DNA of 64,000 bases from Cyanophora paradoxa CCMP329 (GCA_004431415.1 QPMI01000318.1:1-64000), one strand, 5' to 3'; shown: positions 1 through 12,727, numbered from the stretch's first letter. A program made the numbers and translations. The notes: a model not told the origin generated them from the letters alone.

Positions 1-1652
1 GGGCGGGGCGGGGGGCGGGGACCCGGAGGGGCCCTCGGCGTGGCCGGCGAGCTCGCCGCGCAGGGAGGCGCGCAGAACCTGCCGGCCCCTCGCCTCCCGC
101 GGGGCGGGGGCGCCTGGCGTCGAGCGCGCGCACGTGCGAGAGGGCGAAGGCGGGGGAGACGTCGACCGGCGCCTCGCCTGCGAGGAGCAGGCGCGCCCCC
201 AGCCGCCGCACCTGCCGCAGCACCTCTCAGGAGGGCGCCCCCGCACGCCCCCTCCCGAGGCGCGGCCGGCACCACAGGGTTCTCGTGGCGGAGGGCGGCC
301 CCGATGAGGGCCTCGGCGGCGGGGCGGGCGGCGAGCAGGGGCGCGGCGCGGGCGAGGGCCGGCTCGATCAGGTGGATCGCCTCCTCCTCCAGCACCGCCC
401 CCGCCGCCTGCGCGCCCCCCGCCGCCCCTCGCCCCCGGCCCCGCACCGCCCCCGACCCGGGGCCCGGGGGCGCACCAGCAGTAGCTCGGCCCAGGACTCG
501 GGGCCGAGGGCGCCGCCGGGGGCGGGGCAGAGGCGGAGGGCGGCCAGGGCTAGCTTGCGGCACGTCGCGTCCTCATCCAGCAGCGCCCCCTGCTCGCAGC
601 CCCCGCTCGACCTCCCCGGAGGCGTGGCACGGGACGGGACGGGCGCACGAGCAGCGGGCCAATGTCCACGGGGACCGGCGGGAGGCCGTCGGCCGCGGGG
701 GCGCGCAGGAGGGCGAGGGCGAGGGCGAGGCCGTCGGCGCGCCGCTCGGCCGCGGGGTCGCGCAGCGCCTCAGCAGCGGCCCGTGCCGCCTCCTCCTGCA
801 GCTTTCTGCGCCGCCTCTCAGCCAGCGCGGCGGGCACGGGGCGCGGGGCGCACGGGCGGCGGGGCCCCGCGCGGGTGAGGGCGAGGGGCGCGAGGGAGGC
901 GAGGAGGCGGCGGCGGGAGGGCGGGAGGCCGCGCCCGGGGACGCGGAGGGCGTCGAGAAAGGAGGCGAGGAGGGCGGCGGCGAGGCTGGCGGCGGCCTCC
1001 CCCTCCGGGCCCTCCTGCAGCGCCTCGCAGGCGGCATCGAAGAAGGGCGAGGCCCCGCGGCCCGCCGCCCGCACCCCCGCCTCGCACGCCCCAGCCACGC
1101 CCCCGAAGCACTCCCCGCTACAACGCTGCTTCCGTTCCGGGGGCGCAGCGTGAGCAGCTCAGTGTGAGGGGCGGCTGGGCCAACGCACCGCCACAGAAAC
1201 GAGGGCGCGGCGCGCGGCGTCGAGCAGCCGCCCGCGGGCTGGCGCCGGCTCGTCCTCATTGCCATCGCTTCCGCTCGAGTCGGCGCTCGCAAGCAGCCTC
1301 GCGCACGCCTCCGCGAGCCGCAGCGCGTCGCCCGCCACGTCGCCCTCGATCTCGCCGCCCTTGACCGCGGAGCCCAGGAGCGCCGTGCAGACCTGGAGTA
1401 CCTGCTCCGTTCGCTCATCTTGCTCGGCGCTCGCCTGCGCGAGGGTTGCAGCTGGGTGCGCGTGGTCAGCGCAGGTGGGTCGAGCTCGAGAGCCACGGCC
1501 GCACCCGACGGAGCGAGCTCGAGCTTGCTCGCGATGCTGCACGCTGCCCGGAGCTCTGCGCGCGCGTCGAGGCCGGGCCACCGCTGGATCGTGCGCTCCA
1601 GCACCGTGCAATCGCACTCGGCGGCCAGCGCGAGGAGGACCGGCAGCGACAT
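1..1652 (-). CDS. 5' part of a large helical-repeat protein, possibly TRM3/TARBP1-like tRNA Gm18 2'-O-methyltransferase; runs off the window start
   Basis: Spliced from ATG at 1652 (MSLPVLLALAAECD...). Downstream exons read GALLDEDATCRKLALAALRL...ESWAELLL|AAGAVLEEEAIHLIEPAL...ALRHENPV, resembling the N-terminal region of TARBP1/TRM3 (RKxA..W..LEE..HL.EP..HEN). The catalytic SpoU domain is not in the window. Confidence 0.45.
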
Positions 1653-1925
1653 GATCGGTGACTGTAGCTGGCTAGCTACAGCGTCGATCGCCGCTGCTGC
1701 TGCCCGGCGGCTGTTGATCCTGCCAGCTCGCGCTGGAGCTGGCTGGTAGCCTGGTATACGAATATCGAATGCCACCCCCAGATCGTCCCCCCCTTCCCCT
1801 GCCTTGGCCACGGATCGAGGCCGCGTGCCCCCCTGCCTTGGCCCCCCACCCCCGCACCGAGCCGGAACGAGTCTTGTCTTACGCTATTCCTGTAAAAACC
1901 TACTACGGGGCAAGAAAAAAGGGCC

Positions 1926-4900
1926 CTAGGAGGAGGGGCCGGCGGGGGCGGGGGCGGGGGCGGTGCCCTCGTCGTCGGAGGAGGGCTGGCTGGCGAGCAC
2001 GGCCGGCGGGTTGACGCTCAGGAGGCGGTCGAGCGCCGAGCGCGCCTGCTCGTCCAGCCCCGCATCGGCCTCGGCGGCGGCGGCGGCCGCGGGGCTGCGC
2101 TCGGCGGGGAGCGGGGGCGGAAGCGGGGGCGGGTCGCTCTCGCCGGACTCGGTCCCCCTGCGGGAGCGGGAGAAGGCGCTGGGGCGGGGGACGGAGAACT
2201 CGCGGGCCGGGGCGTCGTGCGGAACCAGCTCGCCGGCCGACGAGACGCGCCGGCCCATCGACGAGTCGCCCTCCGGCGGCACCAGGTGGCCCCCGGGCGA
2301 GAGGGGCGCCAGCGCCGCCGCCGGGGTCGGCCGCGGCGAGACGGGGAGGGGCGCCGAGTGCGCCGAGGTGGGCGGGAGCTGGGTGGGGGTGGGGAGGGGA
2401 GCGTCGGGCTGGTCGGGGCAGGTGGCGCTGGGGTCGGGGCCGTCCTTGTTGAGGGCGAGGCCGGCGGGGAGGGAGGAGGAGCGCTTCAGCTCCTGCGAGC
2501 GCCGCCGGTCCGCCAGGTCCTGCAGCCGCCGCTGGCACATCGCCTGCGCCGCACTCAGCGCGGCGCGGGGCGCGGGGCGGGGCGCGGCGGGCCTGGAAGC
2601 GGCGGGCGAGCTTGCGGAAGAGGAGCGACTCCCCCTCCTTGAGCTCGAACTCGAGGTAGGGTGCGGGGTCCGGCGAGACCGGCCGGCGGAAGGCGATCGA
2701 GAACTTGAGGTTGTCCGCCGGGCAGTAGCAGTGCATCGCCCCTGCGCCCCGCCGCGTCGGCCGGGCGGGGCGGGGCGGGGCGGGGCGGGGCGGGGCGGGG
2801 CGGGGGCGGACAGGCGGCGGATTTGTCGGCGGGGGCGGCGTGGAGGTGGATGTCGCGCTCGCGGACGGCCTCGGCGATGACGGCCTTGGGGATCTCCACG
2901 TCGTGCAGCCAGGCCGGGTCCAGCGGCAGCTCGAAGCGCACCAGCACGGGGCCCTTGGCCGGGCCCGCCAGCCACGCGTGCTTCCGGATCTGCTCCGTCG
3001 ACACCCGCCGCTCGGGGTCCACCTGCAGCATCCCCGCGATGAGCTCCCGCGCCTCTGCGGCCGCCGTCAGCGAGGCCTGCGGGGGAGGCGCGGGGGCGGC
3101 GCGTGGGCGGGGCGGGCCCGGGGAGACGGGCTGGAGGTGCTCGTAGCGGCCGGCCTTGATCGCCTCGAGGAGCTCCACGACGTTCTCGGTGAAGAAGGGC
3201 GGCTGGCCGTGCAGCATGGTGTAGAGGACGACGCCGGCCGACCAGATGTCCATCTTCTCGCCGCTGTAGCACTTGCCGGAGATCTGCTCCGGGGAGAGGT
3301 GGTAGAGGGAGCCGACGAGGGAGGTGGAGAAGATGTCCCAGCCCTGCTTGAAGATGCCGGCGTGCCCGAAGTCGGTGATCTTCAGGTGCCCGTCGTTGTC
3401 CAGCAGCAGGTTCTCCAGCCGCAGGTCCCGGTGCACCACCCCCTGCGCCCCCCCGGCTCGCCCCGCCCCGCTCGCCCCGCCCCGGCGGCGGCGGGGCGCG
3501 CACCGACTGGTGGCAGTACTGGAGGCCGTCGATGAGCTGCGCGAAATAGAAGCGCGCCAGGTCCTCGTCGAAGGGGTGCTGCCCGCGGCGCGCGCCCCGT
3601 CAGGCCGGCGCGCGGCCCCGGGGCGGGGCGGGGCGGGGCGCGCCTCGGGGGTGAGCATGGCCTGCTCGTAGAGGGAGCCGCCGCCGCAGAGCTCCATGAC
3701 GAGGCAGACGTTGTCGTCGGTCTCGAGGACCTCCTCGAGGCGGACGACGTTGGGGTGGCGCAGCAGCATCATCGCCTTGATCTCCACGTCCAGCCGCGAC
3801 ATGTCCGACACCGAACCCCGCTTGATGATCTTCATCGCCTTGCGGCCCCCGTCCCGCCGGTTCACCGCCGTCCGCACCACCCCGTAGCTCCCCTTCCCCA
3901 GCGTCCGCGCCAGCTGGTAGTCCCCGATGCACTCCTGTGCGCGGCTCGCTGCGGATGCGGGGGGGCGCGGGCAGGGGCGGGGCGGCGCACGACGACGCGG
4001 GCCTGGCAGAGCTCGTACTCCTTCACGATGAGGTCCGCCAGCACCAGGAACTCGTCCTTGGAGAGCTGCCCTGCGCCCCCGGCCCCGCCCCGCTCGCCCC
4101 CCGCCCTCCCGCAACCCCGTGCGGGGCCCGACGCGGCCTACCGTTGTGGTTCGTGTTGTACTCCTCCATGATCTTGTGGGCCACTTGCGATGTCCCCGCC
4201 TGCGCACACTCAGGCCTCGCCCGCCGCCTCGGGCGCGGAGGGGCGGACCCGGAGGGCACTCGTCGGGCTCCGCGCTCCGTCCCGCAGGGCGGCGCAGAGC
4301 GTGCGGACCTCGGAGCTCTGGGGCGGGGGTGAGCGGGGGCCGGCTGCGCGGGGCGGGGCGGGGGCGGGCCTCCTCGAAGAGGATGTCCTCGAGGTGGACA
4401 CCGTCCCGCGCCACCGCCTGCAGGAAGAGCTCCAGCTCGTCCATCGAGATCGCCTCCGAGCGGTGCGTGTCCGCCTGCCCGCCCCGCTCAGCGGCCCGCC
4501 ACCGCAGAGCCTTTAGCTAAGCCCCGCACCAGCCGGAAGAGCCAGTTCATGTAACGCTCGCGGCCTTCGCGTCCCCGCAACTGGTTTGTCAACGACTCGA
4601 GGAACTTCCTCACGATGTTCCCCGCCTCGGCAGCCTCATCCTCCTCCTCGTCGCTGTCGTCAGCGCTCGCGTGGCTCTCCCTGTCTCCTTCGTCGCTGCT
4701 GCCTGCCTCTGCGCGGCAAAGATGAGAAGACGCTTCTACATCCGGCACATTGGCTTGGGAGGCGGCGAAGAAAGACAGGTCAGGCCAGCTCATTGCGCAC
4801 CAGACCGTGACACACTGAAGGATGTGAAGATCGGGGTGCTCGACCCGCGGTCCACATGCATATTCGCCACATTTGCTGCAAAGGAGAGCGCGCATCAGCG

Positions 4901-5526
4901 ACGGATCAAATGCGAGCGGAGCGCTCCTCAGAGCTGCAGCCGGCGCACTTGAAGAGACGTGGAGTTTGTGCACGCTGCCAAACGAGCCCTTTGCGGAGCT
5001 GGACTTCCTGTGTTCGAGAGACTTGGCATCATCGGAGTCTCCCTTCTTCAGCTTGCGCTCCAAGAACTGCTGGAAGAAGTTCGGCGCCTTCTTGGACTTC
5101 TTCTGATGCTTCTTCTCGGAGATTTGGACATGCTTAACCAACTCGATAAACTCCTTCAAGTTGATCGCGCCCTGATGGGAGCCATCGAACTGCGTGACAG
5201 TGGGTGAACAGCGGCGCGGAGATGCGCCCGGAACGGCGCACGTGGAACAAGATCGGCAACGAGTTGCAGAGAGCAAAGTCCTTCGCCCCGGGAAGATCCT
5301 GCAGGTGCATGATCTTGTCCTACGACCGACTCAGCATTGCAACAGCGAAAGATCCGTGCAGGGCGGTTTGGAGCCTCCAAACGCCGACGCAGATCGCACC
5401 AGCGTGAGGACACCACTCCCATCCTTGTCCAACTGCGCAAACAAGTCTTTTGCCTGCACGAGAGTCAGGGAGAAACGATTCCGTTCCCCGCGACGCGGAG
5501 CTCGCCTGTGAGATGCTGCCACCCAT
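1926..5526 (-). CDS. Multi-exon Ser/Thr kinase (CAMK group, SnRK/CIPK-like) with N-terminal EF-hands and a likely myristoylation site
   Basis: Starts MGGSISQ. EF-hand loops DKDGSGVLTL, DGSHQGAINLKE, DTHRSEAISMDE, NTNHNGQLSKDE. Kinase motifs LGKGSYGVV, AMKII, HRDLRLEN, DFG, SPE, DIWSAGVV. KA1-like tail (YLEFELKEGESLLFRKL). Stop at 1926-1928. Confidence 0.85.
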
Positions 5527-5854
5527 TGTGGCGTTGTAATAGAACGCTTCTGCCGATCACTCTGATGCCGCCGTCAGGATGATGTGACGGGACGGAGGCG
5601 CATGCCGTGTTTGCGCTTTCGCCGCTTTCGCCAACACGGCGTCAGGCCAGATGGCCACGACGCGACGCCGCGGGCGCCCGCGACGCCGGAAGACGGTTGA
5701 GACTTCTACCCCTCAGAACTCCCCCCCTCCCCCTCCCTCGGACTTCCACCGGACGGCCAGCAGCGCCGCAGAGAATAGCGCTGCGCTTGCGTAGAGCTCT
5801 GCAGCTGTGCATCAGCGCCTGGAGGAGGCGTGCGGGAATTCGAAGCGCGTCCTT

Positions 5855-8800
5855 ATGGCTTCGAGCCAGGCAATCGAAGTTTACGCTCGCATACGACCGC
5901 ATAAAGATGCATCTCCAGACCTCATCGCCGTCCCTGAGGAGGCGAAGGTGCACAGCGAGTATCAGCGCGCCGCAGGACCGCGGTATAGCTGACGGCGTGC
6001 GCGGCCCGCTCGGCGCAGATCGAGTTGAACATAGCAAAAGACCAGTCACAGGGCTATGTGAACAACCAAAAGGAGCACTTCGATTTCAAGTTCAGCCACG
6101 TCTTCCATCCGAGCGTCAAGCAGGATGAGGTGTTCGAAGCCATGGCCAAGAAGTGTGCAATGGGCGTACTTGAGGGCTACAACTCTACTATCTTCGCGTG
6201 CGCCCCGCCTCGCGCTCGCAGGATCCCGGCGTCTCAACATCTCCCTCTTGCGCAGGTACGGCCAGACGGGTTCCGGCAAGACCTTCACAATCACTGGAGG
6301 GCCGGAGAAGTTTGCGGATCGCGGCATCATCCCGCGAACCCTCACGTTCATGTTCAGCGAGTTCAAGAAGGTAGGGCGCCGCCCCCCGAGCCCCCGCCCC
6401 TTGCGCGGCGGGCGGGCGAGACGGGCCCCGCAGCGGCACAACTTCCAGTACAGCTGCCACGTGTCGTACCTGGAGATCTACAACGAGGTCGGGTACGACC
6501 TCCTCTCCGACGAGCGCGGCAACGTCAACTCGCTCGACGACCTCCCGTGCGCCGCCGCCCCGCCAGCGCCCCGCCGGCCGCTGCCGGACGGCGAGCCGGC
6601 GGCAGGCGCGTATCGGTGCGTGAGGACGAGGACGGGAACATCCACCTGGGGAACCTCTCGGCGCCCCTCGTGCAGACCGAGGAGGCGCGTTCGCGAGGGC
6701 CGGCGCCCCGTCGGGGCTCTGACGCTGGCGCAGGAGGCGCTGAACCTGCTCTTCTTGGGGGACACCAACCGCATGATGGCCGAGACGCCCTCTAACCCCG
6801 TGCGTCGCCCCCGCCCCGCCCCGCCCCGGCCATCCGGGGTCGAGGGCGGCGCAGAACTCGACGCGCTCGCACTGCATCTTCACGATCTCGATCGAGTCGC
6901 GCCCCGCCAACGGAGACGTCGTCCGCAAGTCCAAGCTCCACCTCGTCGACCTCGCCGGGTGCGCCGGGGCGTGGCGGGCGGGGCGGGGCGGAGGGGCGGG
7001 GGGCCGAGGGGTGGCGCAGGTCGGAGCGGATCGCGAAGACGGGGATCGCGGGGGACGCGCGCCTGCGCGAGGCCAAGTACATCAACCTCTCCCTCCACTA
7101 CCTCGAGCAGGCCCGCCCCGCCCCGCCCCGCCCCGCCCCCGCTCCCTCACCCTCCAATCACACCGCCCCGCAGGTCATCGTCGCCCTGCAGGAGCGCGCC
7201 GAGGGGAAGAACCGCGGGCACATCCCCTACCGAAACTCGATGATGACGAGGTGCGCGGCGGCGGCGGCGGGACGGGGGCGGGTGCTGAGGGCGGGGCAGC
7301 ATCCTGCGGGACTCGCTCGGGGGCAACTGCCGGACGGTGATGGTGGCGACGCTGAGCGCCCAGACCTCCCACCTCGACGTCCGCACGCGCCCCCGCGTCG
7401 CGCCCGCCCCGCCCGCCCCTCACGCCCCCGCAGGAGACCATCTCCACCTGCCGCTTCGCGCACCGCGTCATGAAGGCGCGCCGCCGCCCCGAAGCCCGCG
7501 CGGGGGGCGGCGGCGAGGCGGGCGCAGATCTCGAACCGGGTGGAGCTGAACGAGGAGGTGGACCCGTACCAGCTCATCCGGCGGCTGAAGCAGGAGATCC
7601 GGGAGCTGCGGGAGGAGCTGGCCATCCTCAAGGGGGGGCCCTCCGAGGGCGGGCCCGTCACCGAGGACGAGCTCCAGCGCCTGCGGCAGCTCGTCCGCGC
7701 CTACGTCGACGACCCCGCCGCCAACGCCGAGCTCACCCCCGGCACCATGTCCAAGGCCCGCCCCCCCCGCCCTCTCGACCCTCTTCTCGTGCCGCGGGGG
7801 CCGAGCGAGGCCGGCAGATCCGCGCCTGCTACGCGATCTTCAGGGAGCTCCTCCTCGAGGCGCAGCGCGGCGGGTGCCGCCTCCCGCCCCGCCCCGCCCC
7901 GCCCCCGCGAGACGGGGCGCAGGCGCGGCGAGGGCCCGCCGAGCGAGGCGGTGCAGGAGCAGCTGCGCAAGATGAAGCTCCTCCTGCAGCAGCGCGACAA
8001 CGAGATCAGTGCGCCGCGCCCGCGCCGCCGGCCCGCCCCCGCTCAGCGCGCTCGCGGCAGACATCCTCGTGAACATGCTCAAGAAGCGAGGGCCCGAGGG
8101 CGCCCCGCAGGCCTCGGCCTCGCAGGAGGCGCCCGGCGGCGGCAACTGGGGTGGCGCGGCGGCGACGTACCCCGAGCGGCCGAACCTGCAGGCCCAGATC
8201 GCGCGCGTCGTGAAGGCGCCGAGCGAGGCGGCGGGGCCCGGGGTGCGGGGCTCTCGGGACGGGGGCCTGCCGGGGCCGGGGGCGGATGCGGGCGCCGGGG
8301 AGGAGTTCAGCGCAGAGGTGCTGATGGACCGGACGAAGGCGTTCGAGCTCTTCCGCAAGAGCTACCGCAAGAACGAGGTGATGGAGGAGAACAAGGCGCT
8401 CCTCCGGCAGAAGTACGCCGAGGCCAAGCAGCTCGGCGAGGAGGTCAACCTCGCCCGCTCCCGCATCAGTCCGCCCGCTCCGCCCCGCCCCGCCCCCGCG
8501 GGGCCCCGACGCGAGCGTGCGGCGCAGACGAGTACAAGGCGCTCGTCGAGCAGCTGCGCGTCGAGCGGGCCATGCAGGGCGCGCCCCGCCCTCTCCGCCC
8601 CCCCGCCGCCGCCTGACGGGGCGCAGGTCTGCTGGACAAGCGCGACGGCGAGGGCCCGGCGGACCCCGAGGAGGAGCGCGTCAAGAACGAGATCGAGCGG
8701 GAGAAGGCGCGGTGCGGGGCGGGGCCGGCGGGGAGGGTGGGCGGGGGGCGTGCGCGAGGGGCGGGGCGGGGCCAGGTACAAGGACGGCTTCGCCCGCCTC

Positions 8801-9448
8801 CGCGACCTCAAGTCGGAGATCGAGCAGCTGCAGGCGCTGCTCGAGAAATCCCGCGACCGCCTCCAGAAGGACTTCGAGCAGTGGTACGCCCTGATGGCCA
8901 AGCAGACCCCCGGCATGCCCGCCGCCACCTCCCCGGGCCGCTCCGGCTCCGTGCGCCTCCGCCCCGCCCCTCCTTGCCTCGCGCGGGGCCCGCTGACCCC
9001 GCGCAGGGGACGCAGCGATCCGCCGCCGCCGCCGCGAGCCCGCGGGGCCGCACCTCCCCGACCCCGCCCCTACGCCTACCCCGCCGGCCCCGCCGCCCCG
9101 GCCTACGCCGCTCCCCCGCCCCCGCCGCCCCGCACTACGCCGCCCCCGCCGCCCCGCCTACGCCGCCCTCCCACCGCCGCCGCCGCCGCGTACGCCCCTC
9201 CCCGCAGTACGCCTACCCTCCCCAGCAGCAGTACCCCGCCAACCCCCCCGCGGCCCCGGCCGCGTACCCTCCGTGCGCGGCCCGTCCCTCGCGCCCCTTG
9301 CGCGGCCTTCGAGCGGGGCGGGGGCAGGGGGGGCCCGGCGGGGGCGGCGGGGGCGGGCCCGGCGCTGACGGGGAACGCGGAGGCGGACGCGGACATCCTC
9401 GCGTTCTACAAGGCGCGCGCCGAGCTGCTCGCCGGCACCAAGCGCTAG
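5855..9448 (+). CDS. KIF6: Kinesin-9 family motor, KIF6-like
   Basis: Spliced motifs IEVYARIRP, GYVNNQKEHFDFKF, YGQTGSGKTFTITGG, GDTNRMMAETPSN, STRSHCIF, LVDLAGSER, HIPYRNS and a C-terminal LTGNAEADADILAFYKAR typical of KIF6. Confidence 0.9.
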
Positions 9449-10482
9449 AGGAGCGCCCGCACCGCCCCCTCCACATCCCGCCCCGCCTCGTCGTGCGCCA
9501 GCCGCCGCGCCGGCACCCCGTCCCGCCCCACTGCGAACACCTCGTAGTTCCTGCCCCCGCGTCAACGAACCCCACACCTTCCACGCGCCGCTGCGCACCA
9601 TTTCACGTTGTTCACCTGCGGAGCGGGGCGGTGAGAGGGGCGGTGCACGTGCAGCGGGGCGCGGGGGCCGATGCTCACGACGCGGTTCTGCCCGACCTGC
9701 AGCTTGTGCTTCAGAAAGCGGTACAGCGGCAGTGCCTCCTTCCCGTTCACCACCGCCCGCTCCATAAGCCGGAACGTGCAGCCGTGGCTCTCGAACGCAG
9801 CGCGCGTCTGCTCTGCCGAAGCGTACTCCTGGGACCCGAAATCCGCGCAGGGGAAAGCAAGAATCTCCAGACCCTCCCCCTTGTACCTCGCGAATATATC
9901 CTTTGAACACATCAGTGCAATGCGAAGATCTAGATAGGATGAACAGGAGACGGAAAATAGCGCGGCGAACTTGCAGCATTTTCGCTTTCGATGCCGTGTC
10001 GGGGCTTTTAGACGCCCAGTTGACGCACAGGACCACTTTGTTGTGCAGCTCACCGCTAATGTCCTCCCCGTCGACGTTCAAGAGCGGAGCGAAGTCGAAG
10101 ATTGTCTGCCCGCCGCGCGCGCGCGCGCCTGCGATCAGCTCGAAAGCGCCGCGCTTGCAGTTTCGGAACAAGATACCTTCTTGCTTTTGACGTCGATGTC
10201 ATCCGACTCCGTCGCCGGGGCGGAGAAGGGCCAAGCGTCTTCGCTGGGCTCGGCCGCGGCAGCCACGCTTAGGCCTAGGGCGAACCCGCCCGGCGCCCGT
10301 GCGGGCGTGCGCGCTCGCGGGCGATGAACCTCTACGTCAAAAGTGAAAAAGCTCCTGGCCGAAGCCAAGCTGTGCCGCTGCGCATGCTGCCTGTGCGAGC
10401 ATGCATATGCCCGCGATGCCCGGGTCGGGGTCCGATGCGTTGCGGGGGGCAGCAATGGCACGGCGAAAGCTACGGCCAACAT
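9445..10482 (-). CDS. Glutathione peroxidase-like protein with predicted plastid transit peptide; peroxidatic Cys replaced by Ser
   Basis: MLAVAFAVPLL... Ser/Arg/Ala-rich presequence. GPx motifs KVVLCVNWASKSP, GLEILAFPCADFGSQE, VNGKEALPLYRFLK, VKW|NYEVFAVGRDG. Stop is the CTA at 9445-9447. Confidence 0.8.
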
Positions 10483-10681
10483 TAGCAGCCAATTCTAATT
10501 GTACCGGCGCAGCGCAGCGCTCTAGATCTCAGCGCAACACTTCGTTCGCACAGCGTTCACATCCAAGAGAACCAATGCAATACGGCGGTGAAGCGAACAA
10601 TAAACCAAATACAAAGCCATAATAAACGCCGGGCATCGCCGCGGCGGGAAGAATAATGAACGAGGGGTGGCATAGGAGCGC

Positions 10682-12727
10682 TCAGAGGAGACCGTGGTGG
10701 CTGGCGGCGGAGCGGGGCCGGCTGCCGGCGCTCGTGGCCGACCCGGGGCGCCCTGAGGCCATGGCCTGCGGGGCGGGCGCGTCAGAGGGCTCGGGCGGGG
10801 GGCGCGGGGGCGGACGTGGGCGGTGCTCTGTATGGTGCTGGCGAGCGTGCTGCGGAGGCGCTCGAGCTCGCGGTCGAAGATGGCCCCTGCCGCGCGTCAG
10901 GCGTTGCGCGGCGCAGGCGGCTGCCGCGGGGCGCACAGCTCGCGTCGGCCTCGGAGGCCTCCCCGCCGGCCTCGTCGAGCGGGCGGGCCCGCGCGGCGGC
11001 GCGCTCGCCCTCGGACTCGCTCCCCGAGTCGGCGAGGAGCTCCCGCACCAGCGGCCGCCCCGCCCCCGCCGCCATCGGCCCTCGCGCCCGCGGCCGCACC
11101 GGCTGCGCGTGCAGCGGCGCCAGCGCCGCCTCAAGGGACGCGTCGAGCTCCGGCCCCGTCGCCTCCGGCCCCGCCGCCCGCCTCCGGGGTGCGCCGGCCC
11201 CGCCCAGGGCTCCGCGTCGGGCCCGCGCCGGGCGCCGAAGGAGAGGGGGAGGGGTTGCGGGGCGGGGCCCGCAGGGGGCGCGCGCGGTGCGCGAGGGGCG
11301 TCCCGTACGTCGATCTGCGCGGCGTGGGCGGGGGCGGGTGGGGCGCGGGGCGGGCAGCCCCTCACCGCAGGAACTCCTCCTTCTGCGCCCGCGTCGCAGG
11401 GGCCGACACCGGCCGCGCCCCCGCGAACCGGCTGCCCCCGAGCTCCCCGTCCCCCTCCTCCCCGCCCCGCCCCGCCCTTTGATGGCCGCCCGCAGCCCCG
11501 ACACGCGCCGCGAGAGGCCCGCGCTGGAGCCCCGGCTGCGGTCGGGGGGTGAGGGGCGAACGGGGCGGGGCGGGGCGGGGGCGCGAACGCGAGGGCGGCG
11601 CGGTTCTCGAGGGGGAAGTCGGTGCGCTCGACGGAACGGAGATTGGTCCGCACCTGCGCCTGCAGCGCCTCCAGCGGGAGCCGCCGCCCCCCGTCCGCTG
11701 GTCCCGCGTGAGCGCCGGCGGCTGGCAGCCGGCGGGCGGGCGGGCGGACGCGGCGGAGGGAGGCGGCGGAGCGGGCGAGGGCGGCGGGGAGGGCGTGGTC
11801 CTCCCCGAGGGCGCCCCGCGTCAGCTGGTGCCTGCGCCGCGTCAGCCCGGCGGGGCGGGGCCGGTGGGCCGGCGGCCGGCCGCACCCCGTCTCGAAGGCC
11901 TCCTCGGCGGCCTGGAGGCGGCCGAGGTGCTCGAGCTCCGCCCCGAGGTTGAAGTAGGCCACCCCGAGGCACGAGACGCGGTCCTGGCGCCGGCGGGCCT
12001 CCTCGGGGGGGGGGCCGGGGCGGGCCCCGAGCTCGTGGTGGAGGATGTCGACGGCGCGCTTGGCGTGCTCCATGGCGGCGAGGTGGCGCCCCAGCCGCGA
12101 GAGCACCGCCGCCACGTTCAGGTGCGTCGTCGCCGGGTTCACGTCCCCCTCTGCCTCCCCCTCCTCCTCCCCGCCCAGCTCCTCCGGCGCCGGCCCTCCG
12201 ATCTCCCCCGCCGCAAACCGCTGCTCGATCGCAAGCGCCTTCTGCAGGTAGTCGAGCGCCCCGCGCAACCGGTTGCTCCGCCTCATGAGAATCCCTGCGT
12301 GGCGGAGCGGCGTCGGCGACGGTAAGCGCCGGCGGGAGGCCAAGCGGACCGAGGTTGTTGTACACGCTGGAGCGCAGGAGCGGCATCTTTTGCGTCAGCG
12401 CCTCTGCCTTGCGAAGGAAAAAGCGCGCCTCTTCGAGCTGATTTCGCTTGAGATAAAAAACCCCCAAGCAATTGCACAACCTTCAGGCTCGATCAGAACG
12501 GCCGAGCGAGGCCGGAAGGGCCCTCCAGACCTTGCGTACACCGTGAGCTTCCTCCGCAGCAGCGCGTCGGCGCCGATTGCCCGTCGGTGCAAGACAAGCA
12601 GCTGCTCGAGCCCGGCTGCTGTCTGTAATGGGTCCGACATTCTAAATAGGCGCTCAGCGACATCTTGGCGCTCTGTAAATAGGTAGCAGGCGCGCCGCAG
12701 CTGTGCCTGCACTTCTGCGTCTGACAT
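10682..12727 (-). CDS. TPR-repeat protein with low-complexity C-terminus
   Basis: TPR-like helices CNCLGVFYLKRNQLEEARFFLRKA, VYNNLGILMRRSNRLRGALDYLQKAL, THLNVAAVLSRLGRH, VAYFNLGAELEHLGR. 3' exons uncertain. Confidence 0.7.

Noticed and set aside
573-1811. Stand-alone gene ending at the TGA at 573
   Set aside because: A better acceptor (cag at about 590) continues the frame through further exons to the window edge; the ORF start at 1811 is a GTG.
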